IMG/VR virus record: IMGVR_UViG_3300020045_020342
Span: 1 to 24,356 of that record
DNA: 24,356 nt
Direction: 5' to 3' (one strand)
Source: a virus
Lineage: Duplodnaviria; Caudoviricetes
The position numbers and the translations under genes were made by a program. The notes beneath the pieces are model-generated. The model ran no database searches, had not been told where the DNA came from, and worked only from the letters and a program-made list of their open reading frames with translations. This document shows, in pieces, positions 1 to 7,498 of the stretch; the stretch's first letter is position 1; each line of letters opens with the position of its first letter.

Positions 1-1
1 A

Positions 2-72
2 ATGGCGAGGCCCAAAAAAGAAAATGCGGATTATCATACCCATGATAAGGATATGCGGAATGATCCGAAAAT
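2..72 (+). pseudogene. N-terminal fragment of a DUF4373 (Lin1244/Lin1753-like) phage replication protein, joined in inverted orientation to the methylase
   Basis: Reads MARPKKENADYHTHDKDMRNDPKI, which matches my recollection of that family's N-terminus. Resemblance ends at about 72 and the frame stops at 133. Confidence 0.55.
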
Positions 73-1540
73 TAGTTGGCATTATAAATGGTTCACATTC
101 TACAAGCCGATGTTTATCTGTGGGCATTATTGATCCTGCAGGCTGATCTATAGACTGATTTTGTGCATTTTTACCGAAATGTTTATCTAAAAAAAACTGT
201 GGTTGAACCAAAGCCAGCTTATCTCTCGTTAAAAGTGTTGGTGCCGCTTCGTTTACATCGTTCACTTTGCTGCTGTGATTATAATTTACCAGGTATTCAG
301 GCTTTACAATTGCAATACTGTCTTTAGTTGGTATTGTTGGTGCAGGATTATCGACGGATGAAACATTTGCACCATTACCATGATAGGTTGAAAGAAACTC
401 TGGCTGCACTAAACCTAATCTATCCTGACAAACTAAAGCCGGTGCAGGATTTTCCAATGATGGTGGATAATGAACCCCGTTTTTATCGGTTGAATTATAT
501 TTCAAAAGCCATTTTGTTGTTACCAAATCCTGATTACCACCAGTAGCGGTTAAAGTGCGTGCAGGGCCATCAATATCTACCAATTTACTTTTAGGATCTC
601 CGGTATTTCTTTGTACCAAAAAAGATGGCTGCACTAAAGTTTGCCCACTTGCAGTTGTAATCGTTCCAGCAGGGCCATCTACAGGTATTACTTTACCAGC
701 TGGGCGGCCACTGTAATATTTGCTTATAAAAGCCTTATCCCCTTTTGCAACATATTTTAATAGTCCGGCGTATATCCTTTCCAGTGTTTTATCACTCAAA
801 GGTTTTTTACGGGTAAATATGCTTTCGCCTTCATCAGTAAAGTTTAATACATCTTTTACCGGCATCCACTTTTTAAGATGGTTAAACATGCCCTGCGATG
901 CCTTTTTGCTATGCGTTGGTTCCGGCCATACAATTGGTAACCCTTCCTTTGCAAAGCAACCAAACAGGCGGTTACGGCTTGTATACGCTCCAAAATCTGC
1001 ACTGTTCAATTCCTTCCAATCATCACGGTAACCAAAGCTGCAAACTTCATTGCGCCACCGCATAAAATCCTGCCCGTTTTTACGGCTAACAGGTTTACCA
1101 TTTTCATCCAACGGGCCCCAACTCATAAACTCCACCACATTTTCAATTTGCACATAATCCGGATCTATGGCATGTATGTATCGATAAAGATGTTCGGCAA
1201 GTGTACGGCTGTCAGCATCCCGTGCCTGGCCACCTTTAGCTTTACTAAAATTGGTACACTCTAAAGATGCCCACAGTATCAATTTTGCATCTGGAAACTT
1301 TTTACGGTACTTATTAACCAGTTTAATTAAGCCGGTTAATTTAAGCTTTCGTATATCTTCCTCATAATGTTTTACATCAGGATGATTAAGCCAATGGCTT
1401 TTTATCGCCTTTGGATCATGGTTTACGCAGGCAATTATTTTGGCAATTTTATTACCATCAATTTCTGCATCTACAAAGCCGGTGGTAGTACCGCCAAAGC
1501 CGCAAAAAAGATCAACAATTATAAACAGCGGATCGCTCAT
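67..1540 (-). CDS. Phage C5 DNA cytosine methyltransferase, 3' end truncated
   Basis: Absent from the ORF track because it has no stop in the window. Manual translation from ATG 1540: motif I IVDLFCGFGG, catalytic WASLECTNFSKAKGG, motif VI QIENVVEF, motif VIII DFGAYTSRNRLF. Confidence 0.93.
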
Positions 1541-1662
1541 TTTCTTTTAGCCTTTACTTTATGCTTAATAATTTCCTTTACGGTTGTTGCTGGCCGGCGC
1601 TTTGCCATTTTTTCAGTTACAAAACGGCCTGTTTTTGCACTGCGGTAAACTGTTTGTTTCAT
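1537..1662 (-). CDS. Small basic protein, 41 aa
   Basis: MKQTVYRSAKTGRFVTEKMAKRRPATTVKEIIKHKVKAKRK. Fills the gap between genes, and its TGA overlaps the methylase ATG (ATGA coupling). Confidence 0.75.
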   Translation of the reverse strand: MKQTVYRSAKTGRFVTEKMAKRRPATTVKEIIKHKVKAKRK

Positions 1663-1672
1663 ACTTAAAATT

Positions 1673-2494
1673 TTATTGTTTTGGAAAATCGTTATATAGC
1701 TGGCCATCCAATATTCTACCAGCTTTTTTCTTACCTATTTTAACCATGGTTTGTCCATCTGTATAATCAATCATTTTGCCATGATACAATCGACCTTTTT
1801 CACCTGGCCACCACTCACCCCACTGCTTAAAGAAAAAAGCCACACCAGCTTCAATACATTGTTGCCTTATCAACCGTACCGAATCCGGATGCATTGGCCT
1901 GGCACCAGGGCCACTTTCACCACCAACAATTACCCAATCAATTCCTTTATCTAAAACACTAATAGCATATTTCTTTTCATCGCCAACCATAATAGTATTC
2001 AAATCAATAATCCCTAATAATGGCTCACAACTTAAAAACCTTACCTCAGCAGGCACCTGCAAAAGCAATGGTATCCGTTCATCTGCCGTTGCCTGATCTT
2101 CTACACTTACACCTACCCATACATGCGGCATCAATGGCTCTGTAACCTCACGTTTAAAGTATTCAATCATCCTATCAGGCCGCTTTGTTAATATCTGATA
2201 TATATGCCCGTTAATACCAGTACGCCTGGTAACTCCCAATACACGATCTACAAAATCAAACGGTACATCTTCGTGAAACAGATCGCTCATACTATTTACA
2301 AATACCATGGTTGGCTTTTTCCAACGGAAAGGATGGTTTAAACGATCTTCATGGCAAATAATATTCTTAAAGCTTCCCTTACCATTAAACCGCTCATACA
2401 TCCTTTCGGCATAGCAATTTTTACAGCCCTGGCTAACTTTTGTACAGCCGGTTACCGGGTTCCATGTCTTATCAGTCCACTCTATTTTGCTCAT
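1673..2494 (-). CDS. Phage Gp37/Gp68 (DUF5131) family radical-SAM-like protein
   Basis: IEWTDKTWNPVTGCTKVSQGCKNCYA, FVNSMSDLFH, LTKRP, SCEPLLG, WVIVGGESG, FFFKQWG. Confidence 0.95.
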   Translation of the reverse strand: MSKIEWTDKTWNPVTGCTKVSQGCKNCYAERMYERFNGKGSFKNIICHEDRLNHPFRWKKPTMVFVNSMSDLFHEDVPFDFVDRVLGVTRRTGINGHIYQILTKRPDRMIEYFKREVTEPLMPHVWVGVSVEDQATADERIPLLLQVPAEVRFLSCEPLLGIIDLNTIMVGDEKKYAISVLDKGIDWVIVGGESGPGARPMHPDSVRLIRQQCIEAGVAFFFKQWGEWWPGEKGRLYHGKMIDYTDGQTMVKIGKKKAGRILDGQLYNDFPKQ

Positions 2495-2503
2495 ATAGCT
2501 GAT

Positions 2504-2800
2504 TTAATTAAATTCATAATGCTTATTCACCTTTACAATAGTTGCTATAAAAGGAATACCCTGTAATTCGCTGGCTTTTTCTATCTGGTTCATCAATACA
2601 CCAGAACCTGTAAAAACAACATGCTGTTTTTCATCAACCTTTATTTGCAGCTGTAGGTATTTTGTACCAGGCTTTTTGGTTGAATCTTCAATGCGGTAAT
2701 CTTGCACCGCTATTTCGGTATTCAAAATATCATCTACACTTAGTTTGGTGCCAACAAAACTTCGTTCCTTATCTATACCTAATTCGCTAAACCGCTTCAT
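2504..2800 (-). CDS. 98-aa protein overlapping the RT stop; candidate non-Avd DGR accessory factor
   Basis: Likely start MKRFSELG at 2800, overlapping the RT stop by 14 bp. Alternating beta-type patterns (YLQLQIKV, HVVFTGS, PFIATIVKV). Confidence 0.7.
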   Translation of the reverse strand: MKRFSELGIDKERSFVGTKLSVDDILNTEIAVQDYRIEDSTKKPGTKYLQLQIKVDEKQHVVFTGSGVLMNQIEKASELQGIPFIATIVKVNKHYEFN

Positions 2801-3746
2801 GTAATAATGTTTTAAAAAGATTTTTACTATTGCACCATTTGCCCCAGCCATTGTACGATGCTACCGATGCCGGGTTAATACCCTTTGCCACTTTACGGGC
2901 AAAATTCTGCTTAATGCTTTTGCGCAACCGGGTATGGGTGTGGTAAAACACGTAACCAACAAAATCAACACCACGGGCGGCCACAGGAAATACTTGCCAG
3001 TTCGATTTAACCGAAAGCCTTAATTTATTTTGTAAGTATTGTTCAATGTCAGCAAACAGGTTGTGCAAGTGCTGTTTACTGTCCGATAAAAAAACCAGAT
3101 CATCAGCATATCGGAAATAATATTTTACCCCTTTGGTTTCCTTCAACCAGTGATCAAAATAACTTAGATAGAAGTTTGCGAAATACTGGCTTAAATAATT
3201 GCCGATGGGTAACCCAGGAGCACTGTTTATTATGCCATCAAGTAAAGAAAGTAAATCGGCATCTTTAAACTTTCTGCGCAGCAATTGTTTTAAAACTATG
3301 TGATCAATATTTGGATAAAACTTTTTAATATCCAGCTTTAAACAATAGGTAGTACCGGCTACATCCTTTAATGCATGTTTAACGGCATTTGCGGCAGCAT
3401 GTATGCCTTTTCCTTTTATGCAGCTGTAAGTATCGCTTGTAAAAGTTTGCACAAATACAGGCTCTAAAACATTCATTATAGCATGATGGGTTATGCGGTC
3501 GGGGTAGTATGGTAAACGAAATATTTCACGCTCTTTTGGTTCATAAATTTTAAAAGTACTGTAGGCAGATGTTTGGTAACTTTTATTTACCAACGCCTGG
3601 TGCAGTTTTAAAATATTATCCTCTTTATTTTTATCATGTACAATTACACCAAACTGCTTTGCCTTACCTTTTCGGGCAATGGCATCGGCCAGCTGCAGGT
3701 TTTCTACACTGCATATTTGTTGATATAAATTGTTCATTCTTTTCAT
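2787..3746 (-). CDS. DGR reverse transcriptase (about 319 aa)
   Basis: EPKEREIF, PDRITHHA, YSCIKGKG, LKLDIKKFYPNI, GLPIGNYLSQ, YFRYADD, GVDFVGY. No maturase or endonuclease domain. Start MKRMNNLY at 3746 preferred over 3851. Confidence 0.96.
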   Translation of the reverse strand: MKRMNNLYQQICSVENLQLADAIARKGKAKQFGVIVHDKNKEDNILKLHQALVNKSYQTSAYSTFKIYEPKEREIFRLPYYPDRITHHAIMNVLEPVFVQTFTSDTYSCIKGKGIHAAANAVKHALKDVAGTTYCLKLDIKKFYPNIDHIVLKQLLRRKFKDADLLSLLDGIINSAPGLPIGNYLSQYFANFYLSYFDHWLKETKGVKYYFRYADDLVFLSDSKQHLHNLFADIEQYLQNKLRLSVKSNWQVFPVAARGVDFVGYVFYHTHTRLRKSIKQNFARKVAKGINPASVASYNGWGKWCNSKNLFKTLLHEAV

Positions 3747-3854
3747 TGCCTTTGCTTTTAAAAGTCGCCTTCGTACATTCAGCACTACCAACGCCTTTCG
3801 TAATAATGTCATTTTTTGCCAAGGGGCAAGGTTTGCACCGGTAAAAAACATCTT
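3747..3854 (-). ncRNA. TR-RT spacer of the DGR RNA with hairpin TTGCC-CCTT-GGCAA (3816-3829)
   Basis: Lies between TR and RT, and the inverted repeat is visible. A role in cDNA priming is inferred by analogy to the Bordetella BPP-1 spacer. Confidence 0.55.
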
Positions 3855-3932
3855 GCATAGGTGAGCCCTGCCATTCGTATTCGTATTCGTCCAGTTGTAA
3901 TTCGATTCGTTGAACTGAAAGCCTGAACCTGA
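3855..3932 (-). repeat. DGR template repeat (TR), 78 bp, 24 adenines
   Basis: tca ggt tca ggc ttt cag ttc aac gaa tcg aat tac aac tgg acg aat acg aat acg aat ggc agg gct cac cta tgc. Intergenic and AAY-rich. Confidence 0.96.
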
Positions 3933-3973
3933 TCACGAAAGAACCGGGCTAAACCGGCACACAACCCTAATTT

Positions 3974-4390
3974 TTATTTGCTATTGTATTTCAAAAACAG
4001 GTTAACAGACTTGTATAAGTCAGTGAATTGTTGCCCTGCATAATCGCTCCTTTCCTCATCTTTGAAGCAAAGGCGAGCCCCGCCATACGTAAACGAATTC
4101 GTCCAGCGGCAAGTCGACACGTAGAACCGAAAGCCCGAACCCGAACCATCTGCGGCACCACCTTCAAACCATGGCCTCCACTTACGTTGGCTGGTATTGT
4201 TAAAATCCGGCTTAAACTCTTCTACACCTGGTTCATCATTATTTATGGCTTCGGTTATGATGAAAAGTTTATAGATACTGGTTACAGCATCTTTATGACG
4301 ATCAGGTATATTTTCTACACCTGGCAGGTCGTTGGGGTTTACACCTGTTTGTTTACAGGCATCTTCAAATGTTTTTATATCAGTGTACAT
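3974..4390 (-). CDS. DGR target protein 1 (138 aa)
   Basis: Contains VR1 (SGSGFRFYVSTCRWTNSFTYGGARLC). Paralogue of the next two genes. Confidence 0.93.
   Translation of the reverse strand: MYTDIKTFEDACKQTGVNPNDLPGVENIPDRHKDAVTSIYKLFIITEAINNDEPGVEEFKPDFNNTSQRKWRPWFEGGAADGSGSGFRFYVSTCRWTNSFTYGGARLCFKDEERSDYAGQQFTDLYKSVNLFLKYNSK
4067..4144 (-). repeat. Variable repeat VR1
   Basis: Ungapped match to TR over 78 bp with 17 mismatches, all at TR adenines. Confidence 0.96.
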
Positions 4391-4417
4391 GGTAATTTTT
4401 TTTGTTGGTTTAAAATA

Positions 4418-4819
4418 TCAATCCAAAATCAGGTACAATTCTTTGTACAGATCACTAAAATATTCGTTCATGTGATCGGCCCGTGCTTCGTCTTTTAAAG
4501 CAAGGCGAGCCCCGCCAATCGAACTCGTAAACGTCCAGTGGTAAGTCGATCCGTTGAACCGAAAGCCCGAACCCGAACTATCACCACCTATATACCACGG
4601 AAACCATTTTTCCTGATCTTCGTTATTGTAATCTGCTTTCCATTCTGGCTGATCTGGTTCATCATTGTTAATAGCATGTATGATAACCTGCAGCTTTAGC
4701 AATGCCAGCATACCACGGCTTACTTTTTCGGGCAATGCCGATAGGTCGGGAAGCTTAGAAAGATCTATTTCTTTCTGCGTGGCAAAAGCCGCCTCAACCG
4801 TTTTAATTTCTTTGTACAT
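4418..4819 (-). CDS. DGR target protein 2 (133 aa)
   Basis: Contains VR2 (SGSGFRFNGSTYHWTFTSSIGGARL). Shares AINNDEP and KWxPW with target 1. Confidence 0.93.
   Translation of the reverse strand: MYKEIKTVEAAFATQKEIDLSKLPDLSALPEKVSRGMLALLKLQVIIHAINNDEPDQPEWKADYNNEDQEKWFPWYIGGDSSGSGFRFNGSTYHWTFTSSIGGARLALKDEARADHMNEYFSDLYKELYLILD
4502..4576 (-). repeat. Variable repeat VR2
   Basis: Ungapped match to TR 3858-3932 over 75 bp with 14 mismatches, all at TR adenines. Confidence 0.96.
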
Positions 4820-4825
4820 AAAATA

Positions 4826-5320
4826 TTATTTGATTGGGTTTAAAAACTTGTTCCAAATAGGCAAAAACTGTTGCCCGAAATAATCACTCAACTCCTTAGT
4901 GGGTAAGCAAAGGCGAGCCCCGCCAGCCGTACTCGCATACGTCCAGCTGTAATGCGAGTCGAAGAACCGAAAGCCCGAACCCGATTGATAATTATCAAAC
5001 CATGGGTACCACTTTTTTTGGTTATCATTAGTCCAATCCAGTACAACCTTTTCGCTTAGTGCTTCGCTGATGATATCAAGCATTACTGCTGCATTTGCAA
5101 ATTCCTGTCGGCTGTTTACAGGTTTTGGGTAAGGCAAAGCAGTTTCCACCGGTATGCCTAATTCTACGCAGGCATCTTCAAAACTCTTTACCCTATCAGT
5201 TACTTTGGTATTAAAATCTACCTGGCCATTAACCAGATCTTTTAATAGTTGCTTGCCACATGCATCGGCATTATGGAAAGCCTTTAACACATTTGATGAT
5301 TCAATTTTTACTGTTGACAT
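4826..5320 (-). CDS. DGR target protein 3 (164 aa)
   Basis: Contains VR3 (SGSGFRFFDSHYSWTYASTAGGARLC). Shares VKSFEDAC and KWYPWF; has an N-terminal extension of about 40 aa. Confidence 0.93.
   Translation of the reverse strand: MSTVKIESSNVLKAFHNADACGKQLLKDLVNGQVDFNTKVTDRVKSFEDACVELGIPVETALPYPKPVNSRQEFANAAVMLDIISEALSEKVVLDWTNDNQKKWYPWFDNYQSGSGFRFFDSHYSWTYASTAGGARLCLPTKELSDYFGQQFLPIWNKFLNPIK
4907..4984 (-). repeat. Variable repeat VR3
   Basis: Ungapped match to TR over 78 bp with 16 mismatches, all at TR adenines. Confidence 0.96.
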
Positions 5321-5592
5321 TGTTGGTTGGTTTTAAATTGTTGATGTTTGCCTGGCATAATAATCCACGCTAAAAATTTCTTATTAAAAGTTGGTTCTAA
5401 AACTTTTGTTTTTACCGCACCACGTACAATGGTTATAAGCCCCAAAAACTCCATATTCCTTCTAAGCTTTACCACATGTACTTTAATGTTAAGGCTCATT
5501 TCTTTAGGTGTCATACGGTTGTAATTAGCCCGTACATACGCTTCCTGCTTTGGTGTAAGCGATGATTTTTTTAATGGTTGAAATGCGGCCAT
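5308..5592 (-). CDS. Hypothetical basic protein, possible HTH
   Basis: LTPKQEAYVRANYNRMTPKEMSLNIKV resembles an HTH; fits the operon. Confidence 0.6.
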   Translation of the reverse strand: MAAFQPLKKSSLTPKQEAYVRANYNRMTPKEMSLNIKVHVVKLRRNMEFLGLITIVRGAVKTKVLEPTFNKKFLAWIIMPGKHQQFKTNQQCQQ

Positions 5593-5615
5593 GGCTTATT
5601 TATTGTTAAAAAATA

Positions 5616-5963
5616 TTATGCTCTTTTTATCTCCCTGGTTTCAAAACAATCGCCATGCTGTGGGTTATTTTTCATAAACAGGCGGCTGTAGTAACAGGTG
5701 TAATTATTATTTATTTTAAATCCATCATCATCCATACTTTGTGTGGCAACCTCCCAGCGTATGCGTTCAATTATCATTTTACTACCCATGGTTTTATGCC
5801 CACTTTCCAGCAGCTGCAAAGCAAACTTTTCAAACAACCGGTACACCTGCGGGTACTTTAAATGAAACCGTAAAAAACGTTCGTGCTGGCTTTCGTTTGG
5901 GTTAAACAGATCCAGCTGCGGTGCCCCATCGTTATCAGTTTGTATGGCGGTTCTTAAATTCAT
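5616..5963 (-). CDS. Hypothetical phage protein
   Basis: Likely start MNLRTA at 5963 (ATGA overlap with upstream gene). Motifs IIERIRWE and FKINNNY..YYSRLF. Confidence 0.75.
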   Translation of the reverse strand: MNLRTAIQTDNDGAPQLDLFNPNESQHERFLRFHLKYPQVYRLFEKFALQLLESGHKTMGSKMIIERIRWEVATQSMDDDGFKINNNYTCYYSRLFMKNNPQHGDCFETREIKRA

Positions 5964-6502
5964 GGTGTTAATGCATAAGGCACTTTGCACAACCTTTTAA
6001 AATGATGTAAAAAATAATCACGGGCAGCATCGGCAACCAATGGCAGGCCGGTGTGCTTAAGCATTTTGTTTTCCCACTCATATTCTAATGCCTCTTTGTC
6101 AATTTCGGCTATCAATTTTTTTTCAGGCATGCTTACATAAATGTTATACCGTTGTTCTATGGCCATCTGTGTACGTTGTTGCATATCCCTGTAACCGGGT
6201 ATTAAATCCTTCATTGGTGTTGCCAAATCACGCCATATATATTCGTGTGCATCGTGCAGCAAACAGTAAAATGGCAGGCGGTGGTTATTGGGGTGTTTTT
6301 CTTCGGCCCGTAAAGCACACCATACACTATGCTCGGCAACGCTGTAAGGCATTTTAGTAGCATTTATAAACCTGCACTCACGGCTAAGCGATACCGCTAT
6401 ATCCATCACAAACACATCGGTACTTTGTGGCTTTTTAAGGTTAAAATACACACCACTAAAAGTGCGCACACAACCTGGTTTATATAAATCTTCGCTAATC
6501 AT
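5960..6502 (-). CDS. HD-domain phosphohydrolase (YfdR/YfbR-like nucleotidase)
   Basis: DIAVSLSRECRF, YSVAEHSV, LLHDAHEY..D..TPMK, IDKEALEYE. Confidence 0.88.
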   Translation of the reverse strand: MISEDLYKPGCVRTFSGVYFNLKKPQSTDVFVMDIAVSLSRECRFINATKMPYSVAEHSVWCALRAEEKHPNNHRLPFYCLLHDAHEYIWRDLATPMKDLIPGYRDMQQRTQMAIEQRYNIYVSMPEKKLIAEIDKEALEYEWENKMLKHTGLPLVADAARDYFLHHFKRLCKVPYALTP

Positions 6503-6519
6503 TTTATGGTTTGTTTTTT

Positions 6520-6551
6520 AAAAAAGCCAGGGGCGGGAACACCCCCAGGCG
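6520..6551 (-). terminator. Putative intrinsic terminator in the early operon
   Basis: Minus strand GCCTGGGGG-tgttcccg-CCCCTGGC followed by TTTTT. Confidence 0.5.
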
Positions 6552-6640
6552 GTAACGATTGCTTGCATGAAAAACATTTTAAAAACTACGGCTGCCTAAC
6601 CAGATAAATCGTTTTAATAAAACCGACAGCCGCAGTGCAT

Positions 6641-6826
6641 TTAATCCTGTCCGGTTTCCATTGCACCCTTTGGCGCATTGGCCGCAAATAATATAATGAG
6701 TATAAAAAACGGCAGTACAAAAACACATTTTATAAAAGCAACTAAGCCAATCAATCCTGTATCAACAGCATTTGCAATTGCAAACAAAATGCGCCAAAAC
6801 ATGTGGTTTTTATTTCTGATGCTCAT
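6641..6826 (-). CDS. Small membrane protein
   Basis: Long hydrophobic stretch. Start MSIRNK at 6826 avoids overlap with the upstream gene. Confidence 0.5.
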   Translation of the reverse strand: MSIRNKNHMFWRILFAIANAVDTGLIGLVAFIKCVFVLPFFILIILFAANAPKGAMETGQD

Positions 6827-6836
6827 ATATGTAGGT

Positions 6837-7097
6837 TTAATATTTACCATGTGGTTGCTGACGTTTAATTTTTCGCTTTTGTCGCTGGTTCAATCCTTTA
6901 TCTCTACGATTTCCACTGCGGTAAAAACTGGCATCTAATGGCATTGCAACATCTATAGCATCGCCGGTAATAGTTATACCCCGTGGTTTAACAACAGTTT
7001 TTGCTGCACGTTTAGTAAAAACACGGTTCCAGAAATTTTTAAGCCTTAATTTTTGCCGCTTTTGTTTGCTACGGGCATGGTTGTTTTGATGAGCCAT
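6837..7097 (-). CDS. Hypothetical highly basic protein
   Basis: ORF in operon orientation with an A/C-rich leader; K/R-rich. Confidence 0.65.
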   Translation of the reverse strand: MAHQNNHARSKQKRQKLRLKNFWNRVFTKRAAKTVVKPRGITITGDAIDVAMPLDASFYRSGNRRDKGLNQRQKRKIKRQQPHGKY

Positions 7098-7179
7098 ATA
7101 ATAAATTTTGTTTGGTTTTAAATTAAGCCCAGGTATAAGAATACACCCGGGGATTCTTCTGTAATCGTCTATGAAAAAA

Positions 7180-7413
7180 CTATCTTATTAAATCAACCTT
7201 ACCCACACTGGCCGCTGCATGCTCTTCAAAATCGGGCTGGTTCATTTTACTTTCACGCTTTACATACACCCCTGCATCTACACCTACCATTTGTAAAACA
7301 TCTACCTTAAAATGCTGCACCTTTTCATTAACCAAACTTTCTTCGTTAAAAGCCGTACAGTTAACCTCATCAACCACAACGCCGTTAATTATTGTTGTTA
7401 CGGTCAGTTGCAT
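7180..7413 (-). CDS. Hypothetical protein
   Basis: ORF in operon orientation. Confidence 0.6.
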   Translation of the reverse strand: MQLTVTTIINGVVVDEVNCTAFNEESLVNEKVQHFKVDVLQMVGVDAGVYVKRESKMNQPDFEEHAAASVGKVDLIR

Positions 7414-7498
7414 AATGCTGTGTTTTGGCGTAACAAATCATTGCATAAATGATCATGCAAAAAGCTGCTATATTCAATATTATCAGTGTTAGTTTCAT
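7385..7498 (-). CDS. 37-aa single-TM peptide
   Basis: MKLTLIILNIAAFCMIIYAMICYAKTQHYATDRNNNN; ATGA-coupled to the upstream gene. Confidence 0.5.
   Translation of the reverse strand: MKLTLIILNIAAFCMIIYAMICYAKTQHYATDRNNNN

Larger units (their letters stand above)
2504..5320 (-). mobile_element. Diversity-generating retroelement cassette: three target genes, TR, RT, putative accessory gene
   Basis: DGR-type RT plus a TR and three VRs that differ from it only at adenines. Confidence 0.96.

Noticed and set aside
2787-3851. RT as a group II intron, retron or Abi RT
   Set aside because: It is short, lacks maturase/endonuclease domains, has the GLPIGNYLSQ motif, and sits beside a TR with adenine-only VR mismatches.
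3873-3910. ATTCGT tandem repeats as a microsatellite or CRISPR
   Set aside because: They are the ACG-AAT codons of the TR. There are no spacers or cas genes.
3747-3932. TR is in frame with the RT with no stop, suggesting a TR-RT fusion or a start at 3851
   Set aside because: A TGA lies immediately before the TR with no start codon. TRs are stop-free in the VR frame, and MKR at 3746 is the typical RT start.
3664-3936. 90-aa minus-strand ORF over the TR, as a possible avd
   Set aside because: It overlaps the TR, spacer and RT in another frame and has no Avd-like helical character.
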